From Vicinamibacteria bacterium (lineage in GTDB: Bacteria > Acidobacteriota > Vicinamibacteria > Marinacidobacterales > Marinacidobacteraceae), in the NCBI GenBank assembly GCA_963422395.1, contig OY729431.1, forward strand, positions 768,001 to 832,000: a DNA stretch of 64,000 nucleotides, in the 5' to 3' direction. Positions 47,931 through 57,916 of the stretch are shown here, piece after piece. Within the stretch, counting starts at the first letter, position 1; each line of letters starts with the position of its first letter. The translations under genes were made by a program, and so were the position numbers. The notes below the pieces were generated by a model. It saw only the letters and a list, made by a program, of their open reading frames with translations. It did not search any database and was not told where the DNA came from.

Positions 47931-49283
47931 CTACCGAAAGGTCACCGCCAGCTTCGGGAGCACCGCCGCCGCTGCCGGGCCGCCCGCCGGGTGGTCCCGG
48001 AGCGCTTCCGCGGCGAGCCGGGGGTCGCCGGCGAGCGCAGCGCGCACGATCTGCCGCTCGCAGTCCCGCACTCGGCGCAGCAGGTTCCCGGCGAGGACGG
48101 GCAGGGGCGGCTGGGGGATCGGGGCCGCTCCCTCCGGTCCGATCCGGGCGGGAACCTCGACCACATCGTCCGCCGGCAGTTCGGGGATCGCGGGGCCGCC
48201 CGCGGGGGTTCGGTTCCCGGTATTCACCACGATTTCCGCGGGCGCGGCGCCGAGGCGCGCGCGGATCACCCGGAGTCCGATCCGGTCGTAGCCGAAGGCG
48301 TCGGTCTCTCGTCGGAACGGAGCCGCTGCCGCCGCGCTTTCGTCGGCCCCGGACTCGATCCGGAAATAAGAGCCGTTACGGGCGTCCATCACCCGGCGCC
48401 AGGCGGCGAGCGCCTGCTGCGGGCGGCTCGCCGGCGCTCCGAGGGCGGCGAAGAACTGCGCTTCGAGTTCGAGGATCGACTCTCCGCGGGTGGCTCCGGC
48501 AGCGGCGGTGCGCTCGCGGGCGCGCTCCGGATGGAGGTGGAGGAAAACGTACTCCGAGGGAATCGCCCCTGCCATTTCGGATGGCTCGAAGAGCGGCGCC
48601 CGATGGACGCGGAGCAACCGGTCCGGGTCGCGGAAGAGGCCGCCGAGCCGGTTCTCCGGGGGAAATGGGGCATCGGCGCCCGGCTCTTTTCCGTAGAGGG
48701 CGGTGAGCCAGCCGAGGTGGTTGATCCCCGACCAGCCGCAGGAGCACGCCGCCGGGTCGAGATAGAGGAGGCCGGCGGCCCGCTCGACGAGTTCGGCGGG
48801 GGTGTCGCAGATTCCGATCACCTCGAGCGCGGTCTCTCGCCGGAGCGCGTCGGTGACCATCCCCGCCGGGTTCGTGTAGTTGATCCAGACGGCGTCCGGC
48901 GCTTCGCGCTCGGCGACCCGGGCGAGCTCGAGCACCGCCGGGATGTTCCGCAGAGCCAGCGCCGCCCCCGCGGCGCCGACGGTTTCCTGGCCGAGGACCC
49001 CGGCGTCGAGACAGCGGCGTTCGTCGCTGGCACGGGCCTCTTGCCCTCCCGCCCGGAGGGCGGCGATCACGAAGCGGCATCCCTGGATGGCTTCCTCCGC
49101 ATCGATCGTGTCCCGAATGGGGAGCTCCGGAGCGAGCGCCCGCGAAACCCGCGCGATCGCGGCGAGCCGCGCCCTATCCGGATCGAAGAGCGCCAGCTCC
49201 CGGACCCCGAGCCCGCTCGTCCCGAGTGCCCGCGCGAGGAGCGGTGCCCGCAGCCCCCCGCCCCCGAGGACCGCGATCTTCAC
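47931..49283 (-). CDS. Glycoside hydrolase family 4 (6-phospho-beta-glucosidase-like)
   Basis: KIAVLGGGG, LGQETVGAAG, INYTNP, GICD, GINHL, DDVVEVP; GTG start at 49283. Confidence 0.9.
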   Translation of the reverse strand: MKIAVLGGGGLRAPLLARALGTSGLGVRELALFDPDRARLAAIARVSRALAPELPIRDTIDAEEAIQGCRFVIAALRAGGQEARASDERRCLDAGVLGQETVGAAGAALALRNIPAVLELARVAEREAPDAVWINYTNPAGMVTDALRRETALEVIGICDTPAELVERAAGLLYLDPAACSCGWSGINHLGWLTALYGKEPGADAPFPPENRLGGLFRDPDRLLRVHRAPLFEPSEMAGAIPSEYVFLHLHPERARERTAAAGATRGESILELEAQFFAALGAPASRPQQALAAWRRVMDARNGSYFRIESGADESAAAAAPFRRETDAFGYDRIGLRVIRARLGAAPAEIVVNTGNRTPAGGPAIPELPADDVVEVPARIGPEGAAPIPQPPLPVLAGNLLRRVRDCERQIVRAALAGDPRLAAEALRDHPAGGPAAAAVLPKLAVTFR

Positions 49284-49290
49284 TGGAGCT

Positions 49291-50229
49291 TCAATCGGCA
49301 GGACGCCAGGGACGTTCCGGGAGCCCGCCGAGCCGCTGCACGCAGCGAACCCCGCAGGAGTTCCCCGCTGCGAGCTGCGCCTCGAGGGATCCGCCGCGGA
49401 GCCGGCGGGAGAGGAAGCCAGCGGCGAAGGCGTCGCCGGCGCCCGTGGTGTCGCGGACGCCGCGCAGCGGGAGCGGCGCCGGGACCGCGGTCTCCGGCCT
49501 GCCGAGGATCTGCGCACCGTGAGCCCCGGACTTGATCACCACGAGCGTCCCGGCTTCAGCTGCCCGATCGAGGAACTGCTTCCGCCCGTTGTAGAGCCCG
49601 GCCTCCGGCGCGTTCACGAAGACTCCGGTGGCGCTTCGGAGCAGCTCGAAGAAGCCGTCGCGGCTCGGCAGCCGTTCGTCGTGGCCGAAATCCCAGAACA
49701 CTTCGGGCGCCGGGTTCGCCTCGAACCGCTGCTTCGCCTGCCACTGCGCCCAGGCGCCGCAGGCGGCCGGAGTCATGGCGAACAACACCGTGTCGAATGA
49801 GGGGGCCCGGTCGAGCGCCCCGAAGATCCGCGTCTCGACTTCGGGATTGACGCCGGAGAAGGTGGCGAAACTCCGATCTTCCCCGAAGGAGAGGCACGCG
49901 GTGACGGCGTGCGGTTCTCCGGCCTTGCGGAGGTTTTCGTAGTGGATGCCTTCGCTGTGAAGGATCCGGCCGGCGCCCGGAGGCAGCCCCGAAAGCAACG
50001 TGACCTCGAGGCCTTCGGAACTCGCCCACGCCGAAACGATGAGCGCTCCGCCGCCGAAAGTGCGCCGGAAATGCCGGGTGCGCAACTCTTCCCCGCGCCG
50101 GGGCAGGCGCGGCAACCCCGCGAAGACGAGGTCTTCGAAGGATTCCCCGGCCACCAACAGCCGGGGCGCCGCGCGCGTCGCCAAGGAAGCGGAGGCTATC
50201 CGTTCTTGGGACGGCGTAAGGAAGCACAT
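49291..50229 (-). CDS. PfkB-family carbohydrate kinase
   Basis: FGGGA, FVNAPEA, KSGAHGA, DTTGAGDAFAAGF. Confidence 0.9.
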   Translation of the reverse strand: MCFLTPSQERIASASLATRAAPRLLVAGESFEDLVFAGLPRLPRRGEELRTRHFRRTFGGGALIVSAWASSEGLEVTLLSGLPPGAGRILHSEGIHYENLRKAGEPHAVTACLSFGEDRSFATFSGVNPEVETRIFGALDRAPSFDTVLFAMTPAACGAWAQWQAKQRFEANPAPEVFWDFGHDERLPSRDGFFELLRSATGVFVNAPEAGLYNGRKQFLDRAAEAGTLVVIKSGAHGAQILGRPETAVPAPLPLRGVRDTTGAGDAFAAGFLSRRLRGGSLEAQLAAGNSCGVRCVQRLGGLPERPWRPAD

Positions 50230-50309
50230 CCTGATCGGGACGAAAGTTCCGCCCGCTGTCGACGAGAGGTTGACGGCAACTCCCTCGCTCCTACACTTCC
50301 AGAGTCCTG

Positions 50310-52958
50310 TTGCTCCGCTTGGGTGTTCGCCGCCTCGCCGCGGTCTCGCTCTTCTTCACCTTCGCCGCCGGGCCCGTCTTCGGCCAGCCGTCCGGTCCGG
50401 GCCAGGGGCGGGCGGCGGCGGCCTGGCACTGGATCCGGAAGCTGCAGACCACCGGTTCGGTACTCCACATCACTGCACATCCGGACGATGAGAACGGGGC
50501 GCTGCTCGCGTTGCTTTCCCGGGGTCACGGAGTGCGGACCGCACTCTTGAGCCTGACCCGAGGCGAGGCCGGGGCGAACGCCATCGGGCCCGAACTCTTC
50601 GACGGCCTCGGGTGGATCCGAGCGGCGGAGCTTTCGCTGGCGGGGAAGTGGTACGGGCTCGACCGCATCTACCACACGCCGTTGGCCGATTACGGCTACT
50701 CGAAGAGCCTCGACGAGGCACTCCGCTCCTGGGACGAGGAGGCCGCACTCGCCGAGGTGGTGGAGGTGGTGCGGCGGGAGCGGCCGATGGTCGTCCTCGC
50801 GCGGTTCACCGGGGACCGGCGGGACGGTCACGGGCAGCACCAGTTCGCCGGGAGGATGGCGGCGCGCGCCTTCGAGGCGGCTCCGGACCTGGGGGTGTTC
50901 CCGCCGCGGGAAGGGAGGCGGGCCTTCCTGCCGGCGGCGTTCTTCCATCGGGGGCGCGGCGAGGCCGAAGCCTTCGAAGTGGATCTCTCGGGATCGCGTC
51001 CCTGGCTCGAGCATTCCTTCGCCGAGCTGGGTGCGATCGGGCTTTCCTGGCAGCGCTCGCAGACGCGCGGGGTGGTCCGTCCGGCGGCGGGCCGGCGTTC
51101 TGCCCGGCTCGTGCGAGCCGATGGGGGCAGTGAGAGGGACCTGCTGGCGCTGCTCGGGCCGGAGCGGGCCTCGCTGTCGGCGCGCTTCGGACCGCTGGCT
51201 CCGGCGCGGCTCGCGGCGGTTCTCGATCGGCTCGACGGCCTGTTCGCGGCGGCGGCTGCCGGCTTCGACTGGAGCGCGCCGGAGGCCGGCCTGCCGCTTC
51301 TCGGCGAGGCACTCGCCGTCTTGCGGAAACTGCTCGGCGAGCAGTCTCCCTCGGGCTTTTTCGATGTGCGGCAGGAGCTGCAGCGCAAGGAGGAACAGCT
51401 GGTGACAGCCATCCGGCACGCCGCCGGGATCTCGCTCGACGCGACGGCCCGCCCGCTGGCCGGAGAGCGGCCGGACGTGCCCTTCGCCCCGCCCCCGGCC
51501 TTCGGGCCCGTGGTTCCGGGACAGGAGTTCGAGGTGGTGGTGCGGGCGGAAACGCTCGCCCCGGCTCGGCTCGTCGGGGTCTCGTTGGATCTCCCGGGGG
51601 AGGTCGAGGAACAGGCCGCGGAGGGAGGAGGCGCTGGATCCGACTCCGGCTCTTCGGTCCGGCGGTTCGTCGTGCGGGTCGCCGTGGACGCGCCCGTGCT
51701 CCGGGCGCATGTCGAGCGCTCCGGGCTCGCGGAGAGCCGCTACCGGACGAACGGCGACGGGACCCTCGGCGCGCCGCCTCCGGCGGTGAGCGCGACGGTC
51801 GCGGCCGAGATTCCGGCGGGGAACTCCGGCAGAACGGTCGAAGTGTCGGCGACCGTTCCGGTCGGGCGCTTCGAGCCGAACCTGCCGTACGGCTACGAGC
51901 GGCGGGAGCTGGAGATCCTCCCGCCGGTTTCGGTCTCCTTCGAACCGGGCTTCGCCGTCTTTCCCGCCGGGGACCCGGATGCTTCCTTCACTGCGGCCCT
52001 GAAGGTCACCGGCTATCGCTCCGGTGCGTTCCGCGTCCGTCTCGAACCACCGGAAGGCTTCCTCGTCGAGCCCGCCGAAGCGTCGATCTCCCTGGGTCGG
52101 GCGGGGCAGGAATCGAGCCTTCGTTTCCTGGTGCGTCCGGGAGCCGCTCGGCCGGGCAGTTACCGGATCCGGGCGAGCGTCGCGACAGAGTCCGGCGAGG
52201 CGCAGCCCGCGGCCTCCTACCGGAGGATCGCTCATCGGGATCTGCCGCTCCGCTACCTCGTCCGCCCGGCGGTGCTCCGGGTGGCGGCGACGGAGCTCTC
52301 GGTTCCGGAGGGGCTCCGGGTCGGCTATGTGGTCGGCGCCGGAGACGAGGTTCCCGCGGCCATCGAAGCGCTCGGTGCCGAAGTCCGGCTGCTCGACGAA
52401 ACGGCGCTGCGGAACGCCGAATTCGGCGGATTCGACGCCATCGTCACCGGGACCAGGGCCTACGCTTTCCGCCCCGACCTGCTCCGAGCGAACCGGCGGC
52501 TGCTCGACTACGCCCGGGGCGGCGGGCACCTGGTCGTCCTCTACAACACGAACGAGTTGGTCCCCGAGGAGCACGCTCCCTGGCCGGGGGAGCTGCTGCG
52601 CCGGGCGGAGGAAGTCTCCGAAGAGGACAGCCCGGTGACCATCCTCGCGCCCGGCCATCCGCTGCTCCGCTGGCCCCACCGAATCGGCTCTGCGGACTTC
52701 GAGGGCTGGGTCGAGCAGCGCGGGTCCAAGTTCTGGAGCCGCTGGGACCCGGCCTACACTCCGCTCTTCGAGACCCGCGACCGGGGGCAGGAACCGCAGC
52801 GGGGCGGGGCCCTCACCGCCGAGATCGGTGAGGGCCGCTACACCTACTTCGCCTACGCGCTCCACCGCCAGCTTCCCGAGGCGGTTCCGGGGGCGTTCCG
52901 GCTGCTCGGCAACCTGATCGCGGCCTCCGCGATCCCGAGCGGGCACCCTTCCGAGTGA
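50310..52958 (+). CDS. Secreted PIG-L/LmbE-family deacetylase with NEW3/Ig-like and GATase-like domains
   Basis: AHPDDE, TRGEAGAN, DYGYSKS, HGQHQ; C-terminal VGYVVGAGDEVP, GWVEQRG, RQLPEAVPGAFRLLGNL. Confidence 0.9.
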   Translation: MLRLGVRRLAAVSLFFTFAAGPVFGQPSGPGQGRAAAAWHWIRKLQTTGSVLHITAHPDDENGALLALLSRGHGVRTALLSLTRGEAGANAIGPELFDGLGWIRAAELSLAGKWYGLDRIYHTPLADYGYSKSLDEALRSWDEEAALAEVVEVVRRERPMVVLARFTGDRRDGHGQHQFAGRMAARAFEAAPDLGVFPPREGRRAFLPAAFFHRGRGEAEAFEVDLSGSRPWLEHSFAELGAIGLSWQRSQTRGVVRPAAGRRSARLVRADGGSERDLLALLGPERASLSARFGPLAPARLAAVLDRLDGLFAAAAAGFDWSAPEAGLPLLGEALAVLRKLLGEQSPSGFFDVRQELQRKEEQLVTAIRHAAGISLDATARPLAGERPDVPFAPPPAFGPVVPGQEFEVVVRAETLAPARLVGVSLDLPGEVEEQAAEGGGAGSDSGSSVRRFVVRVAVDAPVLRAHVERSGLAESRYRTNGDGTLGAPPPAVSATVAAEIPAGNSGRTVEVSATVPVGRFEPNLPYGYERRELEILPPVSVSFEPGFAVFPAGDPDASFTAALKVTGYRSGAFRVRLEPPEGFLVEPAEASISLGRAGQESSLRFLVRPGAARPGSYRIRASVATESGEAQPAASYRRIAHRDLPLRYLVRPAVLRVAATELSVPEGLRVGYVVGAGDEVPAAIEALGAEVRLLDETALRNAEFGGFDAIVTGTRAYAFRPDLLRANRRLLDYARGGGHLVVLYNTNELVPEEHAPWPGELLRRAEEVSEEDSPVTILAPGHPLLRWPHRIGSADFEGWVEQRGSKFWSRWDPAYTPLFETRDRGQEPQRGGALTAEIGEGRYTYFAYALHRQLPEAVPGAFRLLGNLIAASAIPSGHPSE

Positions 52959-53013
52959 CGGATCCGCAAGCATCCGGCAGCATCCGGGGTCATGCTGGAA
53001 CGCGGGGAACGGG

Positions 53014-53055
53014 AGGAGCGGCATCCTCCCGGCTGAAGGAGCGGCGTCCTCCCGG
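53014..53055. repeat. Tandem 19-bp REP-like repeats
   Basis: AGGAGCGGCATCCTCCCGG (53014-53032) and AGGAGCGGCGTCCTCCCGG (53037-53055); similar to GGGAGCGGGGCATCCTCCC at 10215-10233. Confidence 0.7.
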
Positions 53056-53082
53056 AGGACTGCGAAAGGCGCCTTTCGACCG

Positions 53083-54273
53083 ATGAGCAGCGAGCCGGCA
53101 GCGGCACTCGTCCGGCGAATTCGCCGTCCGGACTGGCCCGAGGGCCGCGAGGTGGTGCTCGTCGGAACCGCTCACATCTCCCCGGACTCCGTCCGGCTGG
53201 TGCGGGAGACGATCGAGCGGGAAAAGCCCGACGGGGTCGGTGTCGAACTGGACCGCGGCCGCTACGAGGCGCTCCTGGATCCGGAAGCCATCGAGCGGCT
53301 CGACCTGAAGCAGGCGGTTCGCGAGCGGAAACTGTTGCCGCTGATCGTCGGCGTGGTGCTCGGCGCCTGGCAGGCGCGGATGGGACTTCGGCTGGGAGTG
53401 GAGCCGGGGGCCGAACTACGGGAAGCGGTGCGGACAGCGGAGGAGATGGGGGCGGCGGTCCACCTGGTGGACCGCGAGGTGCGCGTCACCCTGCTCCGGG
53501 TCTTTCGGCGCACCGGGTTCTTCCAGAAGGTGAAGCTGCTGGCCGGGGGGCTCGGCTCGGGAGGCGTTTCCGAGCCGAGCCCGGAGGACATCGAGGACCT
53601 GCTCTCCGGGGATGTGGTTTCCCGCCTGGTGGCCGAGCTCGGAGACGCCCTCCCCATGCTCAAGGAAGTGGTCATCGACGAGCGGGACACCTGGATCGGC
53701 GAGGCGGTGAAGGCGGCGCCCGGGGGGCGGTTGGTGGTCGTGGTGGGGGCGGGGCACCTCGACGGTGTAGAACGGAATCTGCTCCGCTCCGGCCCCGTTG
53801 CGACCGCCCCGCTCGCGGAGATCCCGCCCCGGGGAAAGCTCGGCAGGGCGATCGGCCTCGCCGTCCCGGCGCTGATCCTGGGCGCGCTGGGCTGGATCTG
53901 GGCGACCCGCGGCGCCGCCGCCGCTTCCGCAGGGGCGCTCTTCTGGATCGCGGTGAACAGCGTCCCCGCCGCCCTCGGAGCCGCTCTCGCCCTCGCCCAC
54001 CCCCTGACGGTGCTGGCGGCGTTCCTGTCCGCTCCGTTCACCAGCCTCACCCCGGTCGTAGGTGCCGGTTATGTCACCGCCTTCGTCCAGGCCTGGGTGC
54101 GCCCGCCGCGGGTGTTCGAGCTGCGGGCCCTGAAGACGGACGCGCTGGTCCCCCGCCGCTGGTTCCGCAACCGGGCACTCAAGATCGCCCTCGCCCTTCT
54201 GCTTCCAACGATCGGCAGCGCCATCGGGACCTTCGTCGGGGGGTCGAGACTGATCAGCAGCGCTCTCGGGTAA
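53083..54273 (+). CDS. TraB/PrgY/GumN family protein with C-terminal membrane domain
   Basis: LVGTAHIS, GVELDRGR, PGAEL, DREV.VTL, IDERD, VVGAGHL, HPLT..APFTSL.P. Confidence 0.9.
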   Translation: MSSEPAAALVRRIRRPDWPEGREVVLVGTAHISPDSVRLVRETIEREKPDGVGVELDRGRYEALLDPEAIERLDLKQAVRERKLLPLIVGVVLGAWQARMGLRLGVEPGAELREAVRTAEEMGAAVHLVDREVRVTLLRVFRRTGFFQKVKLLAGGLGSGGVSEPSPEDIEDLLSGDVVSRLVAELGDALPMLKEVVIDERDTWIGEAVKAAPGGRLVVVVGAGHLDGVERNLLRSGPVATAPLAEIPPRGKLGRAIGLAVPALILGALGWIWATRGAAAASAGALFWIAVNSVPAALGAALALAHPLTVLAAFLSAPFTSLTPVVGAGYVTAFVQAWVRPPRVFELRALKTDALVPRRWFRNRALKIALALLLPTIGSAIGTFVGGSRLISSALG

Positions 54274-54363
54274 CAGGGAGCGGGGCGGAGCCGCCTCGCT
54301 TCCTGCTACCCGAGCGCCGCCGGCTCCACCGATGACGGATCATCCATCTCATTCAGGCTGTTT

Positions 54364-54392
54364 TCGACAGAATAGATCTGTAGATCTAACAT
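54364..54392 (+). promoter_or_regulatory. Putative sigma70 promoter with palindromic operator in the spacer
   Basis: TCGACA-N17-TAACAT; near-palindrome TAGATCTGTAGATCTA at 54373-54388. Confidence 0.6.
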
Positions 54393-54431
54393 ACTGAGTG
54401 GGTCGGATCGCGGCCGCCGAGATTCGAAGAG

Positions 54432-55691
54432 ATGACCGTCACCGCCGGGGAGTTGGCGCGCCGGCTCCGATCCGTCCGCGAGGCCTGCCGGATGCGGCAG
54501 GAGGATGCCGCCCGGAGGATCGGCGTTTCGCGTTCGGCCCTCGTGCAGCTGGAAGCGGGCCGGCGGTCGGTCTCGAGCCTGGAACTGGACCGGCTGGCGT
54601 ACCTCTACGGGCGGACGGTGGGGGATTTCCTGACCGACGCCTTTTCGGAAGAAAACCCCGTCACCGCCCTCTTTCGGCTCGACCCGGACCTGGCGAAGGA
54701 CGATTCCGCCCGCAAGGCAGTGCAGCGGTCCACCCGTCTCGTAAGCGCGATCACCGATCTCGAAGAGATCCTGGGGTCGGAGCCCCGTGCGGCGCTACCC
54801 CCCGGCTACGAGCTTTCGGCCCCGGAGGCCAAATGGGTTGCGGTGAAACAGGGAGAGCGGGTCGCGGTCGAGGAACGGAACCGTCTCGGTTGCGGCGACG
54901 TCCCTCTCCCGGATCTGGCGAACCTGCTTGAGGCCGAAGGCATCCGGACGGCGCAGGAGGACCTCCCGGAGGGCATCTCGGGGCTCACCCTGATCGGCCC
55001 GCCGGTCGGGACCCTGGTCGTGGTGCGCGCCGCTGACTCTCCGCTCAGAAAGCGGTTCTCTTTCGCACACGAGTACGCCCATGTTCTGTTCGACCGCGGA
55101 GACTCCGCGACCGTCAGCCGCGCCGCTGCCCGGGAGACGTTGCCGGAGGTCCGCGCCAATGCCTTCGCGGCCGGCTTCCTGATGCCCCGGCGAGGGGTCG
55201 AACGCTTCATCGGTTCCCTCGGCAAGGGACTCTCCAGCCGGGAGCAGTCGCAGGTCTTCGACGAAGAGGCGACGCTCCGGACCGAGGGGCGGCCAGCCCC
55301 CGGCAGCCAGGAGATCCAGATCCATGACATCGCCCTGTTGTCCCATCACTTCGGGGTGAGCCGGCAGGCGGGGGTGTACCGGCTTCGAAATTTGGGCCTG
55401 ATGAGTCGATCCTCGATGGAGCGCTTACAGGATCGAGAGAAGCAGGGCTTGGGGCGTCGGATTGCGGAGCTGCTGGGGCTGGAGCCGCCGGACTCGAAGC
55501 AGGGTGCGCCGGCGTTTCGCCGGAGATTCCTCGCGCTCGGCTTCGAGGCGCTGCGGCGGGGAAAAATCAGTCGCGGGAAGTTGCGGGAGCTGGCCCGATC
55601 GGTGGGCACGGGCGAAGAAGAACTGGAAGCGATTCTCGAAGATGTCGGACTCGGTCGCCCGCCCGTGGATGTGACGCTCTCCGAAAGGTGA
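54432..55691 (+). CDS. XRE HTH + ImmA/IrrE (DUF955) metallopeptidase fusion
   Basis: N-terminal HTH (QEDAARRIGVSRSALVQLEAG); RFSFAHEYAH, E.RANAFAAGFLMP, HFGVS. Confidence 0.92.
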   Translation: MTVTAGELARRLRSVREACRMRQEDAARRIGVSRSALVQLEAGRRSVSSLELDRLAYLYGRTVGDFLTDAFSEENPVTALFRLDPDLAKDDSARKAVQRSTRLVSAITDLEEILGSEPRAALPPGYELSAPEAKWVAVKQGERVAVEERNRLGCGDVPLPDLANLLEAEGIRTAQEDLPEGISGLTLIGPPVGTLVVVRAADSPLRKRFSFAHEYAHVLFDRGDSATVSRAAARETLPEVRANAFAAGFLMPRRGVERFIGSLGKGLSSREQSQVFDEEATLRTEGRPAPGSQEIQIHDIALLSHHFGVSRQAGVYRLRNLGLMSRSSMERLQDREKQGLGRRIAELLGLEPPDSKQGAPAFRRRFLALGFEALRRGKISRGKLRELARSVGTGEEELEAILEDVGLGRPPVDVTLSER

Positions 55692-56242
55692 CTTCGAGTG
55701 CGTTGGCCCCGGCCGCGTCGAGTGGCATCGATCCGGACTCGGAGACGGTCGCGCTCGACGCGAGCGTCCTCATCAATTTTCTGATTCTGGACCGCGTCGA
55801 TCTGTTCCGGGGGCTGCCCGGACTCGAATTCGTGATCCCGCAAGCTGTCGAGAACGAAATCCGCGACCCGAGGTACCCGAAGCAGCAGAAGGCTCTCCGG
55901 CAAAGTCTGGATGTCGGCGACATCCGCGTCGAGAGGATCGAGTCCCTGACCGAGATCGAGGCCGTAACGCTTTTGCGGAAAGTCCTGGGCGCCGGAGAAT
56001 CCGAATGCCTCGTTCTGGCACAGGCCCGAGGCTGGATGGTGGCTTGCGATGAGCGTGGACGCTTCCGGCGCCTCGCCGACGAGCGCGTCGGCGAGGCGCG
56101 GATCACGACGACTCCCGATCTCATGCTGCGGGCCATCTGCGCAAATCTCCTCACCGTCGAGGAAGCGGACGCCATGAAGGCGCGTTTGGAGAAGCACCGT
56201 TTCCGGATGCCGTTCGATTCCTTCCGCGAGCGGCTCGGCTGA
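55688..56242 (+). CDS. PIN-domain protein (putative toxin)
   Basis: LDASVLINF, PQAVENE, LGAGESECL, ACDE acidic motifs; GTGA overlap with the XRE-IrrE gene. Confidence 0.82.
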   Translation: MTSSALAPAASSGIDPDSETVALDASVLINFLILDRVDLFRGLPGLEFVIPQAVENEIRDPRYPKQQKALRQSLDVGDIRVERIESLTEIEAVTLLRKVLGAGESECLVLAQARGWMVACDERGRFRRLADERVGEARITTTPDLMLRAICANLLTVEEADAMKARLEKHRFRMPFDSFRERLG

Positions 56243-56278
56243 GCGGCGCGGGGCGGCTGGCCCACAATCCCGCGCGTC

Positions 56279-57916
56279 ATGGCACTTTCGTTCACCGATC
56301 TGCTGACCTTCGTCCTGTTCCTCGGGGCGGTGATCTTCGTGTCGCTCCGGGCGTCCCGCGGTCGGCGTACCGCCGAGGGCTACTTCCTCGCCGGCCGGAA
56401 CCTCGGGGGATGGGCGATCGGCATGTCGCTGGTGGCGACGAACATCTCCACCGAGCACTTCGTGGGCATGTCGGGGTCGGCGGCGACCGATATCGGGCTC
56501 GCCATCGCCAGCTACGAGTGGACCGCGGCGGCCGCGCTCATCGTGATCGGCTGGTTCCTGCTGCCCCGCTACCTGAAGAGCGGCGTCTTCACGATGCCGG
56601 AGTTCCTCGAGCGACGCTACGACCGGGGGGCGCGGACCATCCTGGCGGTGCTGCTCACCGCCGCGACCGTCCTGGTGGCGATGGCGACCGTGCTCTACGC
56701 CGGAGCAGTGGCGATGAACGCGATCTTCTCCTTGCCGGCCCTCTTCGGAGCCCGGTTCGGGCTCGGCCCGGAGGCCGCCAGCCTCGCGGCCACCCTCGCG
56801 GGAGTCTGGGGCATCGGGTTGCTGGCCAGCATCTACACCATCTACGGGGGGTTGAAGGCGGTCGTCTGGTCCGACTTCATCCAGGGCATCGCGATCCTCG
56901 CCGGCGGCGCCATGGTGCTCTGGCTCGGCTTTTCGGCTCTCGGCGGCGAGGCGGGAATCCTCGCCGGAGCGGTGCGGTTCTTCGCCGAGAACCGCGACCG
57001 GCTGCATACCATCCTGCCCGCCGACCACCCCGAGGTTCCCTGGACCGCAGTCTTCATCGGCGGCCTCTGGATCGCGCAGTTCTTCTACTGGGGGGTCAAC
57101 CAGTTCATCACCCAGCGCACGCTCGCGGCCAGGAGCCTCGCCGCGGGGCAGCGGGGGATCCTGGTCGCCGCCTGGCTCAAGATCCTGGTGCCGTTCCTGA
57201 TCTGTTTCCCGGGGATCCTCGCGGTCCAGCTCTATGGCGATCAGATCGTGCACCCGGATCAGGCGTATCCGGTCCTCGTCCGAGAGCTCGTGCCGCCGCT
57301 GCTTCGCGGCGTCCTGCTCGCGGCGCTCGCCGGCGCGATCATGAGTTCCTTCAACTCGATGCTGAACTCGGCCTCGACGATGTACGCGCTCGATGTCCAC
57401 CCCCGGATCTTCCGCCGCCGCGGCGAGATGGGGGAGGAAGCGGACGGGGCCTCGTCGGTCCGGACAGCTCGAGCGGCCTCGGCGGTCTTCGGGATCGCCG
57501 CTTGCCTCTGGGCGCCGCTGATCGGCGGTTTTCCGGGGGTGTTCCACTACATCCAGACGGTGTGGGGTTTCGTCACTCCGGGGATCTGTGCGGTGTTCTT
57601 CGCCGGAGTCCTCTCCTCGCGGGTCCCCGCGTTCGCGGCGCGCGCCGGCCTGCTCGCCGGGATTCCGATCTACGGTGCGCTGCGGCTCGGCTGGCCGGAA
57701 ACCGCGTTCCTCCACCACATGGGGATCAGCTTCCTGCTCGTTACGGCGGGCCTCGTCTTCGCGGCCTGGCGCCGGCCGCGAAAGGCGCTGCCCGAGGCGC
57801 CCCCGAAAGCGCTCGGGCCGATCGCGGGGTTAGAGCTGGAGCCGCTCCCGGGGGTCTTCTGGAAGGGCGGGCTGGCGCTCGGGGCCATCGCCGCGATCTA
57901 CCTGATCTTCCCCTGA
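56279..57916 (+). CDS. Sodium:sugar symporter (SSS family, SGLT-like)
   Basis: YFLAGRNL, NISTEHFVGMSG, SYEW, TMPEFLERRY, GGLKAVVWSD, NQFITQRTLAA. Confidence 0.93.
   Translation: MALSFTDLLTFVLFLGAVIFVSLRASRGRRTAEGYFLAGRNLGGWAIGMSLVATNISTEHFVGMSGSAATDIGLAIASYEWTAAAALIVIGWFLLPRYLKSGVFTMPEFLERRYDRGARTILAVLLTAATVLVAMATVLYAGAVAMNAIFSLPALFGARFGLGPEAASLAATLAGVWGIGLLASIYTIYGGLKAVVWSDFIQGIAILAGGAMVLWLGFSALGGEAGILAGAVRFFAENRDRLHTILPADHPEVPWTAVFIGGLWIAQFFYWGVNQFITQRTLAARSLAAGQRGILVAAWLKILVPFLICFPGILAVQLYGDQIVHPDQAYPVLVRELVPPLLRGVLLAALAGAIMSSFNSMLNSASTMYALDVHPRIFRRRGEMGEEADGASSVRTARAASAVFGIAACLWAPLIGGFPGVFHYIQTVWGFVTPGICAVFFAGVLSSRVPAFAARAGLLAGIPIYGALRLGWPETAFLHHMGISFLLVTAGLVFAAWRRPRKALPEAPPKALGPIAGLELEPLPGVFWKGGLALGAIAAIYLIFP

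Noticed and set aside
52960-53060. Short direct repeats as a possible CRISPR array
   Set aside because: Only two 19-bp units 4 nt apart, no spacers, no cas genes.
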